IMG/VR virus record: IMGVR_UViG_3300034012_003212
Coordinates: 1 to 64,000 of that record
Strand: one strand, 5' to 3'
Length of the DNA stretch: 64,000 nt
Part shown: piece by piece, positions 17,178 to 23,936 of the stretch
Position numbering within the stretch: the first letter of the stretch is position 1
Layout of the letters: each line of letters opens with the position of its first letter
The notes under the pieces: generated by a model
Told to the model about the DNA's origin: nothing
Databases searched by the model: none
The model's input: the letters and a program-made list of their open reading frames with translations, nothing else
Made by a program: the position numbers and the translations under genes

Positions 17178-17355
17178 TTGGAAGATTTCAAGATGTGTAC
17201 ATTCTTATGTGTATATTCCTGCTGAAAGTTTCATATTGAACTCCGTGAATGTCTCACGTTGGATTTCTATATGGGATTTTACTATGGATCCGTTATTACA
17301 ATCGGTTAACAACAGGATACAAACGCATATAAGACAAGAAAGGGGACGGGGATGA
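17158..17355 (+). CDS. SVxx array unit 42 (65 aa, diverged core)
   Basis: Head and tail conserved. Confidence 0.75.
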   Translation: MNLESVSWKISRCVHSYVYIPAESFILNSVNVSRWISIWDFTMDPLLQSVNNRIQTHIRQERGRG

Positions 17356-17486
17356 ACTTAGAGAATGTTAAAGATAAGATTTGGAACTCCGTGAGGAACT
17401 CCGTGGAGATTTCCGTGTGGGACTCTGTGGGAAAATCTGTGGATGGACTACACGGATCCATAATAAAAGAAAGGGAACAGGGATGA
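17352..17486 (+). CDS. SVxx array unit 43 (44 aa)
   Basis: Hand translated. Confidence 0.7.
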   Translation: MNLENVKDKIWNSVRNSVEISVWDSVGKSVDGLHGSIIKEREQG

Positions 17487-17689
17487 ACTTAAATGCTTTT
17501 ACTACAAATAATATAAAGGTGAGTAACTTCATGTGGAACTCCGTAGCGGACTCCGTGTGGAACTCCGTGTTGAACTCCGTGGAGATTTCCGTGTGGGGCT
17601 CCGTGTATAACTCCGTGAGGGACCCTGTGTGGAACTCTGTTTATGATGGACTTCAAGAACCCATAAGAGAAGAAAGGAAAAAAAGATGA
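17483..17689 (+). CDS. SVxx array unit 44 (68 aa)
   Basis: ATGA overlap. Confidence 0.75.
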   Translation: MNLNAFTTNNIKVSNFMWNSVADSVWNSVLNSVEISVWGSVYNSVRDPVWNSVYDGLQEPIREERKKR

Positions 17690-17883
17690 ACTTAGAGAAT
17701 GTTGAAGATAAGATTTGGGAATCCGTAGGGAACTCCGTGTGGGACTCCGTGGTGGTCTCCGTGAGGGAGTCCGTGGTGGTCTCCGTGAGGGGCTCTGTGG
17801 CGTATTCTATGGGGTACTTTGTGGCGAACTCCATGGATATTGGACTGCAAGAACCCATAAGAGAACAAAGGGAAAGAAGATGA
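17686..17883 (+). CDS. SVxx array unit 45 (65 aa)
   Basis: ATGA overlap. Confidence 0.75.
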   Translation: MNLENVEDKIWESVGNSVWDSVVVSVRESVVVSVRGSVAYSMGYFVANSMDIGLQEPIREQRERR

Positions 17884-18065
17884 ACTTGGCGTATGTTGGT
17901 ATTGAGATTGGGGACTACGTGATGGTCTCCGCGCTGGAGTCCGTGAGGATTTTCGTGCCAGACTCTGTAAGTGAGTCTGTGGATGACTTCGTGTGGGTCT
18001 CCTTGAGGGCCTCCGTGAATTTTAGACTACAAAGACCCATACGAGAAGAAAGGAGTCAGGGATGA
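17880..18065 (+). CDS. SVxx array unit 46 (61 aa)
   Basis: ATGA overlap. Confidence 0.75.
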   Translation: MNLAYVGIEIGDYVMVSALESVRIFVPDSVSESVDDFVWVSLRASVNFRLQRPIREERSQG

Positions 18066-18296
18066 ACTTAGAGAATGTTAGTGTTAAGATTTGGAACTCC
18101 GTGTGGTGGTCCGTGGGAAACTCCGTGTGGGTCTCCATGCGGGACTTTTTGAGGAGGGATTCCGTGGGGAACTCTGTGAGGGACTCCGTGGTGGTCTCCG
18201 TGAGGGACTCCGTGGATCTCCGTGAGGAACTCTGTATATAACTCAGTGGATTTTAGACTACAAGAACCCATAAGACAAGAAAGGAGACAGGGATGA
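18062..18296 (+). pseudogene. SVxx array unit 47, frameshifted
   Basis: Frameshift near GTGGATCTCCGT (~18215) gives TAA at 18239-18241; the tail motif is intact in another frame. Confidence 0.7.
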
Positions 18297-18487
18297 ACTT
18301 AGAGAATGTTAAAGATAAAATTTGGAACTCCGTGAGGAACTCCGTGTATATCTCCATGGAGAACTCCGTGTGGTACTCCATGAGGAAATCTGCATGGAAC
18401 TCCGTGAGGAACTCTGTGTGGGACTTTGTGTGGGACTCTGTGGATGGACTACAAGAACCCATAAGACAAGAAAGGAGACAGGGATGA
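18293..18487 (+). CDS. SVxx array unit 48 (64 aa)
   Basis: Close to unit 34. Confidence 0.75.
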   Translation: MNLENVKDKIWNSVRNSVYISMENSVWYSMRKSAWNSVRNSVWDFVWDSVDGLQEPIRQERRQG

Positions 18488-18621
18488 ACTTAGAGAATGT
18501 TAGAGATAGGATTTGGTACTCCGTGAGGAACTCCGTGATGGGCTCTGCGAGGATCTCTGTGAGGGATTCTGTGTATTTTGGACTAACAGAACCCATAAGA
18601 CAAGAAAGGAGACAGGGATGA
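18484..18621 (+). CDS. SVxx array unit 49 (45 aa)
   Basis: ATGA overlap. Confidence 0.75.
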   Translation: MNLENVRDRIWYSVRNSVMGSARISVRDSVYFGLTEPIRQERRQG

Positions 18622-18791
18622 ACTTAGAGAATGTTAGAGATAGGATTTGGTACTCCGTGAGGAACTCCGTGTATTTCTCCATGGAGAACTCCGCGGGGTA
18701 CTCCGTGGATAAATCCGTGAGGGACCCTGTGAGGGACTCTGTGGATTTTGGACTAGCAGCACCCATAAGACAAGAAAGGAGACAGGGATGA
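18618..18791 (+). CDS. SVxx array unit 50 (57 aa)
   Basis: Head identical to unit 49. Confidence 0.75.
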   Translation: MNLENVRDRIWYSVRNSVYFSMENSAGYSVDKSVRDPVRDSVDFGLAAPIRQERRQG

Positions 18792-18979
18792 ACTTAGAGA
18801 ATGTTAGAGATAAAATTTGGAACTCCGTGGATACCCCCGTGTGGCACTCCGTTTTGGACTCTGTGAATAACTCCTTTTTCTTGAGGGAATCCGTGTGGAA
18901 CTCTGCGAGGAACTCCGTGTGGAAGTCTGTGAATACTGGACTACAGTACCTAATAAGACGAGAAAGGGAACAGGAATGA
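18788..18979 (+). CDS. SVxx array unit 51 (63 aa)
   Basis: ATGA overlap. Confidence 0.75.
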   Translation: MNLENVRDKIWNSVDTPVWHSVLDSVNNSFFLRESVWNSARNSVWKSVNTGLQYLIRREREQE

Positions 18980-19158
18980 ACTTAGAGAATGTTAGAGATA
19001 TGATTTGGTACATAGGAGACGATGTTTTCTCGAGATTTGTTAAAATCCTCTGGTACCCGCCAGCAGAATCAGGGTATCAAAACATATTGACTCCTATGTG
19101 TGACTGCTTATACAATAGACTACAGACATCTATAAGACACCAAAGATGGCTCGGATGA
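18976..19158 (+). CDS. SVxx array unit 52 (60 aa, diverged core)
   Basis: Head conserved, core unique. Confidence 0.7.
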   Translation: MNLENVRDMIWYIGDDVFSRFVKILWYPPAESGYQNILTPMCDCLYNRLQTSIRHQRWLG

Positions 19159-19280
19159 ACTTAGATAATATTTGGAAATCCATGAGGCGTTCCGTGGATA
19201 AATCCATGAATAACTCCGCGTGGAACTCCGTGAATTTTAGACTGCAAAACCCCGTAAGACGAGAAAGAAGACATGGATGA
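19155..19280 (+). CDS. SVxx array unit 53 (41 aa)
   Basis: Hand translated; shortest intact unit. Confidence 0.7.
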   Translation: MNLDNIWKSMRRSVDKSMNNSAWNSVNFRLQNPVRRERRHG

Positions 19281-19474
19281 ATTTAACTGATGTTGATGGT
19301 ATAACCCAACATTTCATATGGCGTCTTATTACACGGCCCGCATGGGATTCTATTGTGAATTTTACAGGTGGATCCATGAGATCAGTTGATCACCCGGTGA
19401 AGGAATCGGTATGTAAAAGTCTACAAATGAAAATAAGATTCAACGTGCCGGTGGTAAAAATTCTATCGGATTAA
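19277..19474 (+). CDS. SVxx array unit 54 (65 aa, highly diverged)
   Basis: MNLTDV head with ATGA overlap. Confidence 0.6.
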   Translation: MNLTDVDGITQHFIWRLITRPAWDSIVNFTGGSMRSVDHPVKESVCKSLQMKIRFNVPVVKILSD

Positions 19475-19538
19475 TTCAATGGCGCCGTGTTAGATAATTT
19501 ATTGATATGATTTGTTTGTTAAAAAAAAGGAAATAGTC

Positions 19539-19760
19539 ATGAATTTACAAAACGCTGATTGTTTAAATGGATCAGTATTAGAATCCATTCTAAAATCTTG
19601 TTTTAGTTCCATCGAGAAACCTTTAGTGGAAATCACTTTGAGTTCAGTCGACCCCAAGATGTTAGAATATATTTGGGAAAACACGAGAGGAATGTTGTGG
19701 AACTCTGTTCTTTTAAGATTACAAAATCCAATAAGGGACGATTTCGCTACCAAAATTTAG
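19539..19760 (+). CDS. SVxx array unit 55 (73 aa, highly diverged terminal copy)
   Basis: MNLQNA head and WNSVLLRLQNPIR tail. Confidence 0.6.
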   Translation: MNLQNADCLNGSVLESILKSCFSSIEKPLVEITLSSVDPKMLEYIWENTRGMLWNSVLLRLQNPIRDDFATKI

Positions 19761-19816
19761 AACAATAGCCGCAGAGGGCTTTGTTGAATACCGTCATTTT
19801 TAGCAATCGTTGCGAT

Positions 19817-19825
19817 AATATATAC
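19817..19825 (+). promoter_or_regulatory. Candidate late-promoter motif (AATATATAC)
   Basis: 16 nt before the ATG at 19842. Confidence 0.4.
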
Positions 19826-19841
19826 AATAAACTTAAGTTCG

Positions 19842-20990
19842 ATGAAAAATGTGTTATTATCATTCAACGATTTCATAAAAAATAGGCTAAATGAAGGGGT
19901 TCGAGTCAGAGAAGACGGGGAATCAGGATGGATATTTGATTTTGATCGTGATCGGGAAGAAGATTTCATGTCATTGAAATTTTTAAACAGACCATCAAGG
20001 ACGCAAATATACAAGAATACTGACGTTAGCTATGAGTATTTTTATTGTTACAAGCTTGAAAAGGAAGAAGATACATCGGATTTTGTGAAGGCTGTAAAAT
20101 ACATAGATGAAGCACTCATAAATCCACAGGATCTTGAAAGATTTGTGAAAAAGGGAGTGATCGCACTCGACAAGAAACACGACCTGACTAAATTTAATTG
20201 CATCATCTACCCAAAATCGACTTCGAAGATATTAACAGAATTCGCCAAATTTGCTTCAGAAAAAAGTGGTGTGGCAAAACTGATCCCAGACGCACTTGTT
20301 AAAGTTCCAAATGAGGACATCACGTTAGATTTTGCAGCAATAGGAAGGCTCAAAGACCCAAAGACGAGGAAGGAAATTCTTAGGAACTTCAATAGAGCTG
20401 TAAAGGATCCGAATGGAAATTGGAAACGAAAGCCATTCAAGATGACAGATGTATATGTCAAATTTCGTAAGTTCATAACAAACTTTTTGAAATTCGGGGA
20501 TTCTGTGATAGAAAATAACCGGATGAAAAGAGACGTCTATAATGCAATAACTGCAAGTAATGTTCTCCTCATAGATGACTTCAGGACAACGGGGTCCACG
20601 ATCAAGGAGATGATCAAGAACATCGCAGAAATAGGTCCTAAACACATCGTCATATGTTGTCTGATTGTAATAGAAAAGTACAAGGAAAAGGACGTAGAAC
20701 GAGATAGAGACCGGATGGAAAGGAATATGCTTGACAATGCCGGAATACCATACAATGTCATAAAGAAGGACGGAAAAGACGTAAGAGTGGTCGACAAATC
20801 AAAGCTTGATAGGAAGTACATGGAATATGTATACAGTCATGAAGCGGGCGATTGGATCAAAAACCCGGGATTTGTGGGTGAATTTGAACACCAAGAAAGA
20901 ATAGAAGATAAATTCGGGAACGTGATACCCAATCCTTTTTATGACCCAAACTATAAACCCCTGAAAGAATCAAAAAAATTTTTCAGGTAA
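19842..20990 (+). CDS. Phosphoribosyltransferase-domain protein
   Basis: VLLIDDFRTTGSTI PRPP-binding motif; N-terminal MK...F..F.....NE leader. Confidence 0.7.
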   Translation: MKNVLLSFNDFIKNRLNEGVRVREDGESGWIFDFDRDREEDFMSLKFLNRPSRTQIYKNTDVSYEYFYCYKLEKEEDTSDFVKAVKYIDEALINPQDLERFVKKGVIALDKKHDLTKFNCIIYPKSTSKILTEFAKFASEKSGVAKLIPDALVKVPNEDITLDFAAIGRLKDPKTRKEILRNFNRAVKDPNGNWKRKPFKMTDVYVKFRKFITNFLKFGDSVIENNRMKRDVYNAITASNVLLIDDFRTTGSTIKEMIKNIAEIGPKHIVICCLIVIEKYKEKDVERDRDRMERNMLDNAGIPYNVIKKDGKDVRVVDKSKLDRKYMEYVYSHEAGDWIKNPGFVGEFEHQERIEDKFGNVIPNPFYDPNYKPLKESKKFFR

Positions 20991-21009
20991 GAGGAAATTT
21001 GTATTTTTG
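20972..21009 (+). promoter_or_regulatory. Bacteroidota-type promoter
   Basis: A7T5 tract, then TATTTTTG at 21002-21009. Confidence 0.55.
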
Positions 21010-21041
21010 CCCATGTATTTGAAACTATACGGGATCGTGCA

Positions 21042-21560
21042 ATGTTGAAGATCATATCGGGAGGTCAAACTGGTGTTGATACTGCCGGACTCATGGCGGC
21101 AAGGAACTGTGGATTGACGACAGGAGGATACATGCCAAAGGGGTTCATTACCGAGAGTTCCCCTGCTCCGCACTACAAAAACCTCTATGGAATCCAGGAA
21201 CTAGGTTCAAGCGACTACACAGTAAGGACCGACATGAACATAAAGAGTTCTGACGTGACCATGATATTCCACAATGGAACTGTGGGAAGAGGGACAAGAC
21301 GAACCATGGACAAATGTTTATCGTTCGGGAAGAAGCACTTTGTCTACAATATGCTCGAGAACATGAACGACCTAAATGGATTCATCGATATCATAGCAAA
21401 TGATCTGATCACATGTCGTGAAAAATTCGGAGATGATTTTACTGTCAACATAGCAGGAACAAGAGGATCGAAGCTTGGCATGAAGAATGAAAACATACTT
21501 GTGATAGTCCTGACAGAAGCCTTCAACAAATATAAACTTCACACTCAATCATATCAATAA
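21042..21560 (+). CDS. SLOG-family protein (putative molybdenum carrier / YpsA-like)
   Basis: KIISGGQTGVD.AGL, RT.MNI..SD and VNIAGTR motifs. Confidence 0.8.
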   Translation: MLKIISGGQTGVDTAGLMAARNCGLTTGGYMPKGFITESSPAPHYKNLYGIQELGSSDYTVRTDMNIKSSDVTMIFHNGTVGRGTRRTMDKCLSFGKKHFVYNMLENMNDLNGFIDIIANDLITCREKFGDDFTVNIAGTRGSKLGMKNENILVIVLTEAFNKYKLHTQSYQ

Positions 21561-21685
21561 GAACATCGAGATGTTGTATCACAGTAGATGACATATTGAA
21601 CCCAGATACAGGATCAGTTGTCTGGTCTCTGTTGTAATCCAAGAACTTACCCGGTTAGTTATTTTTTCAATTTTATAGGATTTAT

Positions 21686-22306
21686 ATGAACAAATTTTTT
21701 GTTTCAGCAGTAGCATGTCTAGTTATTTTTTCAAATTCTAGCACAGCTAACGGGGTCGTTGAATCGTCCCCTTTGAATTTTGTTGCACAGCAGCCCGCTT
21801 GCTGCTCAACATCATGGATAAGTGAAATCGGCATGTCGTTTCCGGTAAAGACCACGACATACAGAGATTTTTTAACGTCTAGCGGCGTGATCACAACTCC
21901 CATCACATCAGGAATGGGATACGGAGTTCAGTTCGGCAGGCACTATGTTGCGCGAGATGGTGCAACACTCGGTGTTGTTGTTGCTGCAAATGCATTCTAC
22001 TCGAATACCCCGGCAACAAATCAAGTTTATCAGGTGGCCGCATACTTCACTGGTCGTGCGTACTTTAGCCAATCTTGGCATGAAGGAATTTTTGCCGAGA
22101 TCGGCGCGGGCCCCGAAGTCGGAGGGACCTCAATAAATAGTGGCGACTTCCGTTATCAAGCGAATCTCTCTGCGAGGTTCGGCCTTGGCTATAACTACAG
22201 GTTCAATGACGATGTTTCCATCGGATTGTCTGTTGTTGCATCACCTTCGGTTATGTCTAGCAGCATAGTCGATGGATCCAGGGTATTGGTAAATATGCTC
22301 TGGTAA
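21686..22306 (+). CDS. Outer-membrane beta-barrel protein
   Basis: Signal peptide, alternating hydrophobic strands (RFGLGYNYRFN) and a terminal Trp. Confidence 0.65.
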   Translation: MNKFFVSAVACLVIFSNSSTANGVVESSPLNFVAQQPACCSTSWISEIGMSFPVKTTTYRDFLTSSGVITTPITSGMGYGVQFGRHYVARDGATLGVVVAANAFYSNTPATNQVYQVAAYFTGRAYFSQSWHEGIFAEIGAGPEVGGTSINSGDFRYQANLSARFGLGYNYRFNDDVSIGLSVVASPSVMSSSIVDGSRVLVNMLW

Positions 22307-22336
22307 AAAAGAGTATATGAAGGAAAGGGTAAGGAG

Positions 22337-22366
22337 ATCCTCCACGAAAGTGGGGGATTTTTTTTT
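22337..22366 (+). terminator. Intrinsic terminator
   Basis: ATCCTCCAC-GAAA-GTGGGGGAT followed by T8. Confidence 0.85.
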
Positions 22367-22394
22367 CTAGAATAGATTTTTTAGTATATTTGCA
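22357..22394 (+). promoter_or_regulatory. Bacteroidota-type promoter overlapping terminator T-tract
   Basis: TATATTTGCA at 22385-22394. Confidence 0.6.
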
Positions 22395-22428
22395 CCGCTA
22401 AATACTACACAACACATTAGGAACTTAG

Positions 22429-22665
22429 ATGGACGAAAGAAAATTGAGACTCATGATCATAGGCCGTGAAATGAACGCAGGCCGTATGACTGTGCAAGAA
22501 GGTCTTCGTGCGTGCGCAAACCTCGACGAAAAAGAATCGTTGGCGCAAAGGATGGAAACGCTCGCAAGACGGAGAGAAAAGGACAGAGAACGAAGGGCGA
22601 GAAAGAAACAGGAGACGCTACAACAAAAGTCTCTGCCTGAGAAGAAGGTCAAAACTCGCAGATAG
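22429..22665 (+). CDS. Basic hypothetical protein
   Basis: 78-aa ORF downstream of the promoter. Confidence 0.6.
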   Translation: MDERKLRLMIIGREMNAGRMTVQEGLRACANLDEKESLAQRMETLARRREKDRERRARKKQETLQQKSLPEKKVKTRR

Positions 22666-22677
22666 TTGTGCCGAAAT

Positions 22678-22749
22678 GATCTCGTAGCTCAGTGGTAGAG
22701 TATCTGACTTTTAATCAGAGTGCCGCGGGTTCAAGTCCCGCCGAGATCA
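22678..22749 (+). tRNA. tRNA-Lys (UUU)
   Basis: Acceptor GATCTCG/CGAGATC, D arm GCTC/GAGT, anticodon stem TCTGA/TCAGA with loop CTTTTAA, T arm GCGGG-TTCAAGT-CCCGC; no encoded CCA. Confidence 0.95.
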
Positions 22750-22774
22750 CGTGAAAAAAATTTTACCAAAGCTC

Positions 22775-22813
22775 AAAAATATTTTTTTCTCAGGTGAAAT
22801 TGTATTATTTTAG
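22775..22813 (+). promoter_or_regulatory. Probable promoter (one mismatch to TAnnTTTG)
   Basis: A5-TA-T7, then TATTTTAG at 22806 with the same 26-nt offset as 3941, 13509 and 13614. Confidence 0.5.
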
Positions 22814-22884
22814 CATCAGAAACGAGTGAGGGACTTTGGCTGTCTACTCACTTACATTGTACAACATATCAAAGGAGTAACCCT

Positions 22885-23190
22885 ATGATGAATAGAGCCA
22901 AAGGTAGAAACAAGACGAGCATCGATTACATCAAATCGGTTGCGAAAACTGCAACAGTAGTTGATCAGCGTGAGATCAATGTTTCAGTTGTTGGCAATTC
23001 GATATTTTCTCCGCTTGCCAATAAGATCCTTGCGCTTCCTCATGGTAAAGCCCTCGTTGCCGATTTCGGTAACAATGAGTTCATGAGTCGCAATGTATCA
23101 TTGCGGGATATCTGCAAGAAGAATGGAAAGAAACTCCACACAAAACGAATCAATGGAACTTGGTACGCCATGTGGACAACAAAGCGGTAA
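22885..23190 (+). CDS. Hypothetical protein
   Basis: 101-aa ORF between a promoter and a hairpin. Confidence 0.6.
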   Translation: MMNRAKGRNKTSIDYIKSVAKTATVVDQREINVSVVGNSIFSPLANKILALPHGKALVADFGNNEFMSRNVSLRDICKKNGKKLHTKRINGTWYAMWTTKR

Positions 23191-23212
23191 ACAAGCAATC
23201 TTCTGTTTGATG

Positions 23213-23247
23213 AAGGGTTTCGCGCTTTAATCTGGCCCGAAACCCTT
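23213..23247 (+). terminator. Hairpin, probable terminator
   Basis: AAGGGTTTCG / CGAAACCCTT 10-bp stem, 15-nt loop, T-rich tail. Confidence 0.55.
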
Positions 23248-23363
23248 ATTTATTTGATATATAGCACACGGTGTCTTCATGCTGACCGTCACTTCACATA
23301 GAATCTGTTGGATCAGATTATGAACATCGAAAAAATCTAGGTGTATAAAAAAACACATGTGCT

Positions 23364-23498
23364 ATGAAAAAGAAAGAAAACAATCAAAAACAAAAGGCAA
23401 AGCCGAAAAAAACCAGACAGGGATCAAGCATCAACACAAAGCTCTCGGCTGCCCCTAAAACTAAAAAAAGGAGCAAATATCGTGGTCAGGGAAGATAA
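23364..23498 (+). CDS. Small basic phage protein (KKTRQG...KYRGQGR)
   Basis: Hand translated, 44 aa; motif recalled from small basic proteins of T4-like phages. Confidence 0.55.
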   Translation: MKKKENNQKQKAKPKKTRQGSSINTKLSAAPKTKKRSKYRGQGR

Positions 23499-23658
23499 TC
23501 GAGGTATACTGCAGGATTGGCTTGGGATTATTGCTATATTGTTTCTCATAGTCGTGGTTCCCATCATATTAGGGTTCCTGTATATAATACTCCTACCATT
23601 GAGGATGTATACATCCATAAAAGAACGAATTGATGAATTTTACGAATCAAATCTGTAA
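23482..23658 (+). CDS. Small membrane protein (58 aa, GTG start)
   Basis: WLGIIAILFLIVVVPIILGFLYIILLPL hydrophobic stretch. Confidence 0.4.
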   Translation: MVREDNRGILQDWLGIIAILFLIVVVPIILGFLYIILLPLRMYTSIKERIDEFYESNL

Positions 23659-23678
23659 CACTACTACATAAAAAAATT

Positions 23679-23927
23679 ATGAGTAAGTCGAAGAACTACG
23701 ATAAGATAATGAGGAGGGGTGAGATAGCTCCTAAAATGCACATTGGTGCATCATCAGAACTTATAACACTTAGGCACAAAAAACTGATACCCATCAAAGA
23801 ATCGATGCCACTGTCTGATGTACCGGTTGAAAACTGCCCACATCTCGAGAAACTGCTAAAACAATACCCCGATAGTACGGTGATGGACTTCGGGGGCACA
23901 CCCATACTAAACGTTCACATCAACTAA
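23679..23927 (+). CDS. Hypothetical protein
   Basis: 82-aa ORF. Confidence 0.55.
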   Translation: MSKSKNYDKIMRRGEIAPKMHIGASSELITLRHKKLIPIKESMPLSDVPVENCPHLEKLLKQYPDSTVMDFGGTPILNVHIN

Positions 23928-23936
23928 GAGGGAACA

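Larger units (their letters stand above)
15126..19760 (+). repeat. Mini-gene array block 2: 25 tandem SVxx-repeat paralogues
   Basis: Same junction and 12-bp module as block 1; degenerate at the 3' end. Confidence 0.95.

Noticed and set aside
7634-18766. Antisense (TEFHTE...) and alternate-frame (ELRVEL...) ORFs in the ORF track
   Set aside because: These are by-products of a stop-free 12-bp repeat. Only the MNLENV frame has conserved starts, RBS-like sites and stop/start coupling.
7883-19280. Stop-codon recoding turning the array into one polyprotein
   Set aside because: The TGA at most junctions is followed by ACT TAG, and the next unit is in a different frame. Very long ORFs elsewhere are intact in code 11.
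7689-19760. CRISPR array (conserved ~55-bp junction with variable spacers)
   Set aside because: The spacer-equivalents are 100-190 bp, internally repetitive and in-frame coding. The junction is not palindromic and no cas genes are present.
7689-19760. Complete DGR or integron within the window
   Set aside because: No reverse transcriptase, Avd, template/variable repeat pair, tyrosine integrase or attC-like hairpin is visible. A trans-acting enzyme elsewhere in the genome is not excluded.
7689-19760. Array as a CsrB-like GGA RNA sponge
   Set aside because: GGA motifs are abundant, but maintained reading frames, 4-aa length steps and translational coupling favour a protein function. There is no direct evidence for an RNA role.
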